Shown: positions 19,305-26,296, counted from the first letter of the stretch. The stretch: 32,000 bases of DNA from Gammaproteobacteria bacterium (GCA_965279305.1 OZ257143.1:1830001-1862000); one strand, 5' to 3'. Notes: generated by a model from the sequence alone, not told the origin. Numbers and translations: made by a program.

Positions 19305-19312
19305 TATTATCT

Positions 19313-19353
19313 CGTCATTGCGAGCTTGCGAAGCAAGCGTGGCAATCCACATC
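19313..19353 (+). repeat. GC-rich palindromic (REP/MITE-like) element, copy 1
   Basis: cgtcattgcgagcttgcgaagcaagcgtggcaatccacatc. Inner hairpin GCTTGC-gaa-GCAAGC and outer ATTGC/GCAAT pairing. It starts 8 nt after the rapZ stop. A second copy lies inverted at 22471-22513. Confidence 0.85.
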
Positions 19354-19441
19354 AAAAAATAGTATATTCAGTAAACTATCAGGTTGGGATGGGTAGGTAA
19401 TTCGCCAAGAGCCGCATCTTGTTGAGTCTTGGTAAAATATT

Positions 19442-19744
19442 TTAGGCGGCTTTTGAGGAGATGGGTTTAATCCAAGAGAGTCCTTTTCCTGTGTGTTCAA
19501 TTTCCCACAAATCGTAAGCACTTTGCATGCGTAGCAATACCGCAGGATCCACTCTCAATAAGCGCCCTAACTTTGCCGCTAAATCTGGAGTTAAACGTAA
19601 TCTTTCATTTAAAATACCTGATAAGGTATTGCGAGATACATCAATACGCTTGCTAATTTCTTGCTGGGTTAACTCTACCGCAGGCAAAATGATAATTCTT
19701 AAAAAAGCTCCTGGATGAGTGGGCTTTCTATTACTGGGCTTCAT
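19442..19744 (-). CDS. HigA/VapI-family XRE-type HTH protein (antitoxin-like, no cognate toxin gene seen)
   Basis: 100 aa. THPGAFLRIIILPAVELTQQEISKRIDVSRNTLSGILNERLRLTPDLAAKLGRLL...LLRMQSAYDLW follows the HigA pattern HPGE.L...L...G.SQ..LA..LGVSR..IS.I.NG.R.IT.D.A.RL...F.......WL.LQ..YDL. Confidence 0.8.
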   Translation of the reverse strand: MKPSNRKPTHPGAFLRIIILPAVELTQQEISKRIDVSRNTLSGILNERLRLTPDLAAKLGRLLRVDPAVLLRMQSAYDLWEIEHTGKGLSWIKPISSKAA

Positions 19745-19776
19745 TAGTGATAATCCTCTAAATCAATTATGATAAA

Positions 19777-19815
19777 ACTATACTGCCATTTATTGAAATG
19801 TGTCAACTTTTGACA
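19777..19815 (-). promoter_or_regulatory. Putative higA-like promoter (TTGACA-18 nt-TATAGT) with a perfect 6-3-6 inverted repeat over the -35
   Basis: The minus strand reads TGTCAAaagTTGACA (plus-strand coordinates 19801-19815), an 18-nt spacer, then TATAGT (19777-19782). A GAGGA Shine-Dalgarno lies 9 nt before ATG 19744. Confidence 0.5.
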
Positions 19816-19880
19816 TGCAAAAATACTGATCATATCAGAATCTTCCGACCAGACCCCGTCATTTTTCTCCTGAAAGATCT

Positions 19881-19925
19881 CTTTCTTTTCCCCATAGTGG
19901 GAGGAGAAAAAAGCGGGGTGACAGA
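19881..19925 (+). repeat. Second short repeat family, copy A (pyrimidine/purine hairpin followed by GGGGTGACA)
   Basis: ctttcttttccccatagtgggaggagaaaaaagcggggtgacaga resembles 22383-22427 cttttcttttatagtttttttggtaaagaaaaaagaagggtgaca in the same orientation. Aligned by eye: the 3' half matches at 17 of 21 positions. Confidence 0.5.
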
Positions 19926-19949
19926 TTAAGCTTTTGTAAATGTTTTAAA

Positions 19950-20670
19950 TTAGGGTGGTGGTCGCCTTATTACAAATGGATTTGGTTTTGGGGCTGGTCG
20001 ATTAAAGTTTTTATCGACAAGAGCTCCTGCTTCCTTTCCTTCCAACGCAGATTCATCATTGGTAAACGCTACGATCTTACGATTTAATTCATAAGGAAGC
20101 ATCCAGAAAAAACCCGTATTAGTAGTAAGCGATTGATAAACCATACGAGCATTTTTTATAACTTCCCCCCTATTCCTAATCTTATTCCGTGAAATCTCAC
20201 CAATAACCTCTCGTCTTGTTGGTTTATTCAATGCAGGGGGATATACGGGGCATAATAATCTTATGTCAGGCAAACTAGATTCCCATCCAACACATTGCTC
20301 AAATACACGTTCATCACGCATAATAAAATTAACAATCACTCTCGCTTGTTTTGGAAATTGCTGTAACACTTCCGTCAGTTCTATACCAGTGACATTGTTA
20401 ATAAGACGTTTAAATTCACCTTTGACGCGAAGAAGGATCCGAATAGCCTGTGGTGCATAGTTAGGAGTAAGACACCCTAATGCGCATAGATCGTAATGAT
20501 CCTTAATGATACGTTTAAATTCTGGAATATTATTAACGAGAAGATGAGTAAGAGGGCCAAAGATATTGTGGGAACCTTTGTTTTACAACATAGAAATCTG
20601 TATAGGATTTAAAAAGAGATTGAAAAGCACAGAGATTGCTTAAAGCTTCTTGTATGTCTTGTTCTTTCAT
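19950..20670 (-). pseudogene. Frameshifted gene for an LPYEL-motif, proline-tailed protein (paralogous motif to the neighbouring F-box protein)
   Basis: ATG 20670 has a strong GAGGAG Shine-Dalgarno and opens a 45-codon frame (MKEQDIQEALSNLCAFQSLFKSYTDFYVVKQ...) that stops at 20533-20535. A second frame is open from 20582 down to the stop at 19950; it contains the 139-aa track ORF, which has no ATG start of its own. The two frames overlap over 20536-20582, and the total length of 721 nt equals 3n+1. Confidence 0.55.
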
Positions 20671-20784
20671 AATGGATACTCCTCGTTATTATTAAAGGGA
20701 CAACTTGAGTGTTCCATAAAATTAAAATAAAAACAAGCCACTTTTTTATAAAGCGATTAAAAAAATTCAATAAGGTTTTATTTA

Positions 20785-21660
20785 TTAGCTGGGGTTGGGG
20801 CCATATAAATAGTTAGATGACGGAGGTGCAGGAGAAGTCGCTCGAAGTTCACCTGGAGGAGAAGGTGGTGGTTTTGGAAATTCACTTTCAAGAGCGGCCT
20901 TTTGTTCTGCAGTTAAATCGATGATGTCTTGAATGGTGCGCTTCTTCTCTATAACTAAATGTCCCCAATCTGTGATATTGAAAAACTGTATCATGTTGAG
21001 ATCTTTAATTTGATCAAATGACAACACTCTACTTTTCATCAATGCGTGAATGTTTTCGTTATTAAAATTAGAAGATTGAGTACCTTTTAAATCGCTAATT
21101 TGCTTAAAGCACACTATTCCAGCGATTAGCATTCCTCGAAGCACTGAATTATCAATATGAAGTCCTGAATCCCAGCTTAAATTCTTAGCATCTGGCAGTG
21201 AGAGTATTCCGCTCGCAACAAAAGCCTTAATAGTGTGTAATCTCAGAGGCTCTTTACCATCAGGAAAATTTCTCCTTCTAAGTTCTTGTTCAATTTCTGC
21301 AAGAATGCGTCTTTCCTCTTCAGTTATTTGACCCCGCATAATTCTTGAAACAGAATCATTAGAAGTACCTGAAAGGACTTGTTCAAGAACCGTAAAAGCA
21401 CGCTCCCACCCTTCTTGACCAAGAGTGCGATATAAAATCAGTCTTTTTTCACGTTCGTTTTTATATAATGCTATAACATCATTTAATGGTATTGTTCTGT
21501 ATTCTGGTAATAAACGATCTCGATAAATTAAAGTATCCTCGCTAAGCGCTCTATGTGCTCTTGATACTTGAGCCAAACGACCACGTTCTTTATCGCCTAA
21601 ATATAAACGTACTATTCTTAGAGCAAGTTCATAAGGCAAATTTCCGATAAGACCTGTCAT
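20785..21660 (-). CDS. F-box domain protein with internal ~31-aa repeats and a proline-rich C-terminus; candidate eukaryotic-like effector
   Basis: 291 aa. N-terminal LPYELALRIVRLYLGDKERGRLAQVSRAHRALSED fits the F-box consensus LPdEil.kIl.yLd.kdL.rlr.VSKrWr.L with one extra residue. It has three to four degenerate repeats (GILSLPDAKNL / GIVCFKQISDLKG / SRVLSFDQIKDLN / RTIQDIIDLT). The tail reads PKPPPSPPGELRATSPAPPSSNYLYGPNPS. Confidence 0.7.
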   Translation of the reverse strand: MTGLIGNLPYELALRIVRLYLGDKERGRLAQVSRAHRALSEDTLIYRDRLLPEYRTIPLNDVIALYKNEREKRLILYRTLGQEGWERAFTVLEQVLSGTSNDSVSRIMRGQITEEERRILAEIEQELRRRNFPDGKEPLRLHTIKAFVASGILSLPDAKNLSWDSGLHIDNSVLRGMLIAGIVCFKQISDLKGTQSSNFNNENIHALMKSRVLSFDQIKDLNMIQFFNITDWGHLVIEKKRTIQDIIDLTAEQKAALESEFPKPPPSPPGELRATSPAPPSSNYLYGPNPS

Positions 21661-21890
21661 TTGAGTACCTTTAAACGATATAAATTAACAGCGCCCATTT
21701 TAAGCTATTTAAATAAATAATTCAAATTCGCCCCTTAAGTGGGCACTTACATGAACCACGCCCCGCTAAATCGACCACTGAGAAACAAGGAGGGTGTCGC
21801 GTAACAGGAAGATTATTTTCTGAGTTTGGCCTATAATAGCTTATCTGCGCCATTAAACGTTAATGTTGTATTAGGGACAAAGAGACGATA

Positions 21891-22130
21891 ATGAGTCCAA
21901 CAGTTTTTAAGTCAGGTTCATATAGATTTTACTTTTTTTCTAGGGAAGAGCCTAGAAAACATGTACATGTTACATGTCCAGATGGGGAGGCAAAGTTTTG
22001 GATAGAGCCTATTGTTTCTTTAGCCACGTCTACTGGCTTATCAAAGAAACAACTAAAAGAAATTCAATCATTAGTGGAGAGTCATATCGATGAAATTAGC
22101 AAAGCGTGGAAAAAGCATTTCGGCAATTGA
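21891..22130 (+). CDS. DUF4160 family small protein
   Basis: 79 aa. GSYRFYFFSREEPRKHVHVTCPDGEAKFWIEP matches the DUF4160 pattern (YRFFFYS.E..EPPH.HV......AKFW..P). Confidence 0.75.
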   Translation: MSPTVFKSGSYRFYFFSREEPRKHVHVTCPDGEAKFWIEPIVSLATSTGLSKKQLKEIQSLVESHIDEISKAWKKHFGN

Positions 22131-22347
22131 TATCAATCTCACACAGTTTGGTATGTGGTTATGCTTATCTGATGAAGAATTCTTTTTATCCTATGAAGAC
22201 TATCCTTTCTTCAAAACAGCCAAAGTCAACGATATTTATCAGGTTGAACTACATCACAAAAATCATCTCTATTGGCCTAATTTGGATGTAGATTTGAGTG
22301 TGGATATTTTAAAAAATCCGCATCACTTCCCCTTATTAGCACATTGA
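22090..22347 (+). CDS. DUF2442 family small protein (partner of DUF4160)
   Basis: 85 aa. LCLSDEEFFLSYEDYPFFKTAKVNDIYQVELHHKNHLYWPNLDVDLSVDIL fits the DUF2442 pattern (fP.L..A......n.e.....g.hWp.LDvDlsv..L). It overlaps the upstream gene by 41 nt, so the start is uncertain. Confidence 0.7.
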   Translation: MKLAKRGKSISAIDINLTQFGMWLCLSDEEFFLSYEDYPFFKTAKVNDIYQVELHHKNHLYWPNLDVDLSVDILKNPHHFPLLAH

Positions 22348-22382
22348 TGCATGTTTCAAACCAATTTTTAGATAGAACCGTA

Positions 22383-22427
22383 CTTTTCTTTTATAGTTTT
22401 TTTGGTAAAGAAAAAAGAAGGGTGACA
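22383..22427 (+). repeat. Second short repeat family, copy B
   Basis: See 19881-19925. cttttcttttatagtttttttggtaaagaaaaaagaagggtgaca. Confidence 0.5.
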
Positions 22428-22450
22428 CACGGAGCATAATCAATCTAATA

Positions 22451-22562
22451 AGGCTTTTCTGAATCATTTTGGATGTGGATTGCCGCGGCCGCTACGCGGC
22501 CTCGCAATGACGGAAAAGGTTTTCTGAATCATTTTAGAAATAAAGGGTTTCCGAATCGTTTT
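22451..22562. repeat. Three ~20-bp direct repeats (AGGYTTTCYGAATCRTTTT) in the dacC 3' region, the first two split by the palindromic element
   Basis: aggcttttctgaatcatttt 22451-22470; aggttttctgaatcatttt 22517-22535; agggtttccgaatcgtttt 22544-22562. The last copy overlaps the dacC stop codon. Confidence 0.8.
22471..22513 (-). repeat. GC-rich palindromic (REP/MITE-like) element, copy 2 (inverted relative to copy 1)
   Basis: The reverse complement reads ccgtcattgcgaggccgcgtagcggccgcggcaatccacatcc. It shares the arms cgtcattgcgag and ggcaatccacatc with copy 1. Its inner hairpin is GGCCGC-gta-GCGGCC. Confidence 0.85.
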
Positions 22563-23724
22563 AGTTCATGGAGAGGCGGAAACGATCGGAGACTACGCGT
22601 AGCCATCCACCCTTTTTAGCAGGTTCTAACGCGACTAGAGGCTTCTGATCAATCACTTTCTTATCTAGTTTCACTTCCACATTCCCGCACTGCTGCTTCT
22701 CAGCCACGGGCGCCTTCATACCATTATTCACATGAAACTCAAAATCCAGATTATCAAACTCACCCTTAGGCACCGTCACATACCAATCATCCGGCACGCC
22801 TACTTCAATACGCTTCTTATCCCCCATCCAAATACGCGCCTTACTCACAGGTGTATAAGCATCTTGCAACTTACGGGTTTCATAATATTCAAAACCGTAG
22901 TCTAATAACTCTTGGCTTTGCTGAGTACGCGCTTTTACGCTCTTAGAACCCAGCACAACCGCAATCAAGCGCATATCGTCACGTTTAGCAGATGATGCCA
23001 AGCAAAACTTAGCCGCGCGCGTATAGCCCGTTTTAATGCCATCTACGCTATCATCCCACCACAACAATAAATTCGGATTACTTTTTCTCACACCTTTATA
23101 CGTAAATGATTTTTTAGAATACTTAGGATAGGTTTCAGGAAAATCATTAATTAAAGCTCTAGCCAAAATAGCCAAATCCCGTGCACTACTATAATGATTG
23201 TCTTCGGTTAAACCATGAGGATTAGCAAAGCGGGTATTTTTCATGCCTAAGCGCCTAGCTTCACGATTCATTCTATTTACAAATTCATCTTCGCTGCCGG
23301 AAATAAATTCGGCTAGCGCCACGCTGGCATCATTCGCTGATTGAACTGAAACGCCATACACTAAATCTTCTACGGTAGGTTCATTGGTAGGTTTATGAAA
23401 CATACGCACCCGTTCAACGCGCACGGCATTGTTAGTGATAGGAACGCGTTGGTTCTTTTTAATTCTGCCCGCTTTAATTTCTTGATCGACAATATAGGCG
23501 GTCATCATTTTAGTAATGCTAGCAGGATGAAGACGTTTGTCAGGATTTTGCTCGGCAAGCACGATGCCAGAATTAGCATCCACTAAAATATAGGAATACA
23601 CATCAAAACGAGGTGCAGGAGGAACTTGATAGATTTCGTGCGCAGATGCAAAGCACGTAGATAAGGAAAAAGTGAAAAGCAATAATAAGCGAAAGCAAAG
23701 ACGTTTCATTATCACGGCAGACAT
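22561..23724 (-). CDS. dacC: D-alanyl-D-alanine carboxypeptidase (PBP5/6 class)
   Basis: 387 aa. Signal peptide, SxxK (ASITKMMT), SxN (QSANDAS), KTG (IKTGYT), and a C-terminal amphipathic anchor. The true start may be the ATG at 23709 (MKRLCFRLLLLF). Confidence 0.88.
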   Translation of the reverse strand: MSAVIMKRLCFRLLLLFTFSLSTCFASAHEIYQVPPAPRFDVYSYILVDANSGIVLAEQNPDKRLHPASITKMMTAYIVDQEIKAGRIKKNQRVPITNNAVRVERVRMFHKPTNEPTVEDLVYGVSVQSANDASVALAEFISGSEDEFVNRMNREARRLGMKNTRFANPHGLTEDNHYSSARDLAILARALINDFPETYPKYSKKSFTYKGVRKSNPNLLLWWDDSVDGIKTGYTRAAKFCLASSAKRDDMRLIAVVLGSKSVKARTQQSQELLDYGFEYYETRKLQDAYTPVSKARIWMGDKKRIEVGVPDDWYVTVPKGEFDNLDFEFHVNNGMKAPVAEKQQCGNVEVKLDKKVIDQKPLVALEPAKKGGWLRVVSDRFRLSMN

Positions 23725-23734
23725 CCTTTGTCAT

Positions 23735-23777
23735 AGTATATTACTTTTATAATATACTACTTTCTCGCCGAAGCAAG
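23735..23777 (-). terminator. Possible structured region or terminator between rplQ and dacC
   Basis: The minus strand reads CTTGC-TTCG-GCGAG (5-bp stem including one G-U pair, UUCG loop; plus-strand 23764-23777). A 9-bp A/T-only inverted repeat follows: agtatatta-N6-taatatact (23735-23758). There is no clear U-tract. Confidence 0.3.
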
Positions 23778-23798
23778 GTTCCTTAAGTGATAAGAACT

Positions 23799-24188
23799 CT
23801 AGGCGGTAGCGCTGTTAGCTTCAACCGCTTCTGCGCGATCTACCCACTCAATAATAGCACGAGGTGCGCTATCACCAGGGCGGAAACCACATTTGATAAT
23901 GCGAGTATATCCACCACGACGATTGGTTGAGCGAGGAGCTACCATTTCAAATAGTTTTTTAACAGCATCTTTGTCACGTAAGCGAGCAAATGCAATGCGG
24001 CGTTTCGCCACGTTGTCTTCTTTCGCCATGGTGATCAAAGGTTCAACAACACGACGTAATTCTTTTGCTTTAGGCAAAGTAGTATTAATTATTTCATGCT
24101 GAAAAAATGATACAGCCATGTTACGAAACATAGCGGTACGATGTGATGAATTTCTATTCAGTTTACGCCCGGATTTGCGGTGACGCAT
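23799..24188 (-). CDS. rplQ: 50S ribosomal protein L17
   Basis: 129 aa. [24 protein letters not shown] is the canonical L17 N-terminus. It lies downstream of rpoA. Confidence 0.95.
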   Translation of the reverse strand: MRHRKSGRKLNRNSSHRTAMFRNMAVSFFQHEIINTTLPKAKELRRVVEPLITMAKEDNVAKRRIAFARLRDKDAVKKLFEMVAPRSTNRRGGYTRIIKCGFRPGDSAPRAIIEWVDRAEAVEANSATA

Positions 24189-24216
24189 AACACTACTCTC
24201 CTAATAAGCCGCTGTA

Positions 24217-25209
24217 CTATTCGCCTTGGTTAGGCATTCCAGCTGGCGGCCAGTTATCAATTTTCATACCAAGAGACAATCCCTTGCTATGTAACACTTC
24301 TTTAATTTCAGTTAGAGATTTTTTACCTAAATTAGGTGTTTTCAACAACTCAGCTTCGCTGCGTTGAATCAAATCACCAATATAATAAATATTCTCTGCT
24401 TTTAAACAATTTGCTGAACGCACTGTTAATTCTAAATCATCAACAGGACGCAACAAAATCGGATCTAATTCACGAGATACTTTCAGAGAAGATTGACCTT
24501 CAATCGCTTCTAAATTAACAAACACAGATAACTGCTCTGCTAAAATAGTCGCTGCACGACGGATCGCTTCTTCAGGATCAATCGTTCCGTTAGTTTCTAA
24601 ATCAATAACCAATTTATCTAAGTCGGTACGTTGTTCTACACGTGCGCTCTCTACAGAGTACGCTACTTTACGAACAGGAGAAAAAGAGGCATCCAAATAC
24701 AAATGACCAATAGGACGCTCTGCTTCAGGATCTACAACGGTTTGCACCGGTTGGTATCCACGGCCACGACGAACCACAATATTCATGGTCAAGTTAGCGT
24801 TAGGGTTGGTTAATGTAGCAATTAATTGTTGTGGGTTAATTAAACTCACACCATGATCTAATTGCACATCAGCGCCCATTACTAAACCTTGTCCACTGTG
24901 CTGAATTTTTAACTTAACTTCTTCGCGATTGTGTAAAACAAATGCAAGATTTTTTAAGTTCAACAAAATTTCAATAACGTCTTCTTTCACACCAGGAATG
25001 GTGCTGTACTCATGTAAAACGCCTTCGATTTCCGCTTCTACTACCGCACAACCTGGCATAGAAGACAATAAAATACGACGTAAAGCATTACCTAGCGTAT
25101 GACCAAATCCACGCTCTAGCGGCTCTAACACCACACGTGCATGGTAAACCCCTTGGCGTTGAACATCAACAATACGAGGTTTTAAAAACTGAGTAACGTT
25201 ACTTAGCAT
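24217..25209 (-). CDS. rpoA: DNA-directed RNA polymerase subunit alpha
   Basis: 330 aa. [12 protein letters not shown]...[23 protein letters not shown], and a C-terminal domain with [22 protein letters not shown]. Confidence 0.96.
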   Translation of the reverse strand: MLSNVTQFLKPRIVDVQRQGVYHARVVLEPLERGFGHTLGNALRRILLSSMPGCAVVEAEIEGVLHEYSTIPGVKEDVIEILLNLKNLAFVLHNREEVKLKIQHSGQGLVMGADVQLDHGVSLINPQQLIATLTNPNANLTMNIVVRRGRGYQPVQTVVDPEAERPIGHLYLDASFSPVRKVAYSVESARVEQRTDLDKLVIDLETNGTIDPEEAIRRAATILAEQLSVFVNLEAIEGQSSLKVSRELDPILLRPVDDLELTVRSANCLKAENIYYIGDLIQRSEAELLKTPNLGKKSLTEIKEVLHSKGLSLGMKIDNWPPAGMPNQGE

Positions 25210-25254
25210 GCCATTTTCTCCAGAAGAATAATATTTGCTCTCTATTAATGAGGA

Positions 25255-25665
25255 TTAGATTCGTCTCTCTTTGGGCGGACGGCAACCATTATGTGGTACC
25301 CGTGTAACGTCCCATAAAGCTTCAATTGTAAAACCGCAAGCTGCTAATCCACGAATAGCATATTCACGACCGGGTCCAGGACCTTCCACGTAAACTTCCA
25401 ACTTCTTGAGGCCATACTCTTTTGCAATTTGCCCAGCATCTTCAGCTGCAATTTTTGCAGCGTAAGGAGTACTTTTGCGGGCACCTTTAAACTTCATTTT
25501 ACCTGGGGTAGACCAAGACAAGGTGTCCCCAAATCGATCGGTAATAGTAATAACGGTGTTGTTAAACGCCGCTTTAATATGAGCAATACCGTCTACAACC
25601 TGACGTTTCTTCGCCTTTTTGCGAACTACTGCACCTTTTGCACTGGATGGTTTTGCAACTGCCAT
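25255..25665 (-). CDS. rpsK: 30S ribosomal protein S11
   Basis: 136 aa. [18 protein letters not shown]...[13 protein letters not shown]...[18 protein letters not shown]. Confidence 0.95.
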   Translation of the reverse strand: MAVAKPSSAKGAVVRKKAKKRQVVDGIAHIKAAFNNTVITITDRFGDTLSWSTPGKMKFKGARKSTPYAAKIAAEDAGQIAKEYGLKKLEVYVEGPGPGREYAIRGLAACGFTIEALWDVTRVPHNGCRPPKERRI

Positions 25666-25679
25666 ATTAATTCCTTCAA

Positions 25680-26066
25680 TTATCCTTTAGCGACTTTGCT
25701 TTCGGTCTTTATTTGCGGCCCACCACGTTTACGACCACGACGGGTTTTAGCGTTTGTGTGAGTGCGTTGACCATGTACGGGAAGACCACGAATATGGCGT
25801 AAGCCTTCATACGTTTTTAAATCGACTTTACGCTTAATCGCCATTGAAATCTGGCGGCGTAAATCACCTTCCATATCATAAGCGGCAGCTGATTTACGTA
25901 GCGCCTCTTCTTGTTCAAATGTTAATTGGTTCACCTTGGTGGTAGGCGCTACACCGGTCGCTTCGCAAATTTTGCGAGCGCGAGTAGGTCCGATACCAAA
26001 CACATAGGTTAACGCTATAATCACATGTTTGTTTGCTGGCAGGTTAATTCCCGCGATACGCAGCAT
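25680..26066 (-). CDS. rpsM: 30S ribosomal protein S13
   Basis: 128 aa. [33 protein letters not shown]...[24 protein letters not shown]. Confidence 0.95.
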   Translation of the reverse strand: MLRIAGINLPANKHVIIALTYVFGIGPTRARKICEATGVAPTTKVNQLTFEQEEALRKSAAAYDMEGDLRRQISMAIKRKVDLKTYEGLRHIRGLPVHGQRTHTNAKTRRGRKRGGPQIKTESKVAKG

Positions 26067-26112
26067 ATTTTACTCCCCAATTACTCTATAAATTCTGTTT
26101 TTATATTCGTAC

Positions 26113-26156
26113 AAAAAAGCCTCAGCGGCCACATAGCATACGTGGAAACGGGCTTT
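26113..26156 (-). terminator. Putative intrinsic terminator or attenuator between rpmJ and rpsM (end of the spc operon)
   Basis: The minus strand reads AAAGCC-cgttt-CCACGTA-tgc-TATGTGG-ccgctga-GGCTTTTTTG: an outer 6-bp stem, an inner 7-bp stem with one G-U pair, and a U-run. A possible TTGTAC-18 nt-TATAGA promoter for rpsM lies just downstream. Confidence 0.5.
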
Positions 26157-26182
26157 GGGTCAAGCCTATCTCCGCCCTTGGG

Positions 26183-26296
26183 TTACCCCTGGCGTTGCTT
26201 ATGCTTAGCATTTTCGCATATCACCATCACGTTACTTCTGCGACGGATAACACGGCATTTTGTACACATTTTCTTAACGGAAGCACGTACTTTCAT
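26183..26296 (-). CDS. rpmJ: 50S ribosomal protein L36
   Basis: Too short for the ORF track. My translation is [37 protein letters not shown] (37 aa), preceded by a GAGGTGAGGA Shine-Dalgarno. It occupies the canonical position between secY and rpsM. Confidence 0.93.
   Translation of the reverse strand: MKVRASVKKMCTKCRVIRRRSNVMVICENAKHKQRQG

Noticed and set aside
19315-19521. 68-aa minus-strand ORF ending ...VDCHACFASSQ
   Set aside because: Its C-terminus is a read-through of the palindromic element, and its 5' part overlaps the higA-like gene in another frame. It is most likely not a gene.
19745-19949. Search for a HigB/RelE toxin gene or remnant upstream of the HigA-like gene
   Set aside because: I found only a 10-codon ORF (MTGSGRKILI) and hairpin-forming repeats, with nothing resembling a RelE fold. 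A sensitive HMM search could not be run.
19313-22562. Classical prophage, IS or integrative element interpretation of the islet
   Set aside because: No integrase, transposase, recombinase, tRNA attachment site or phage structural genes are present. Only short palindromic and direct repeats mark the borders.
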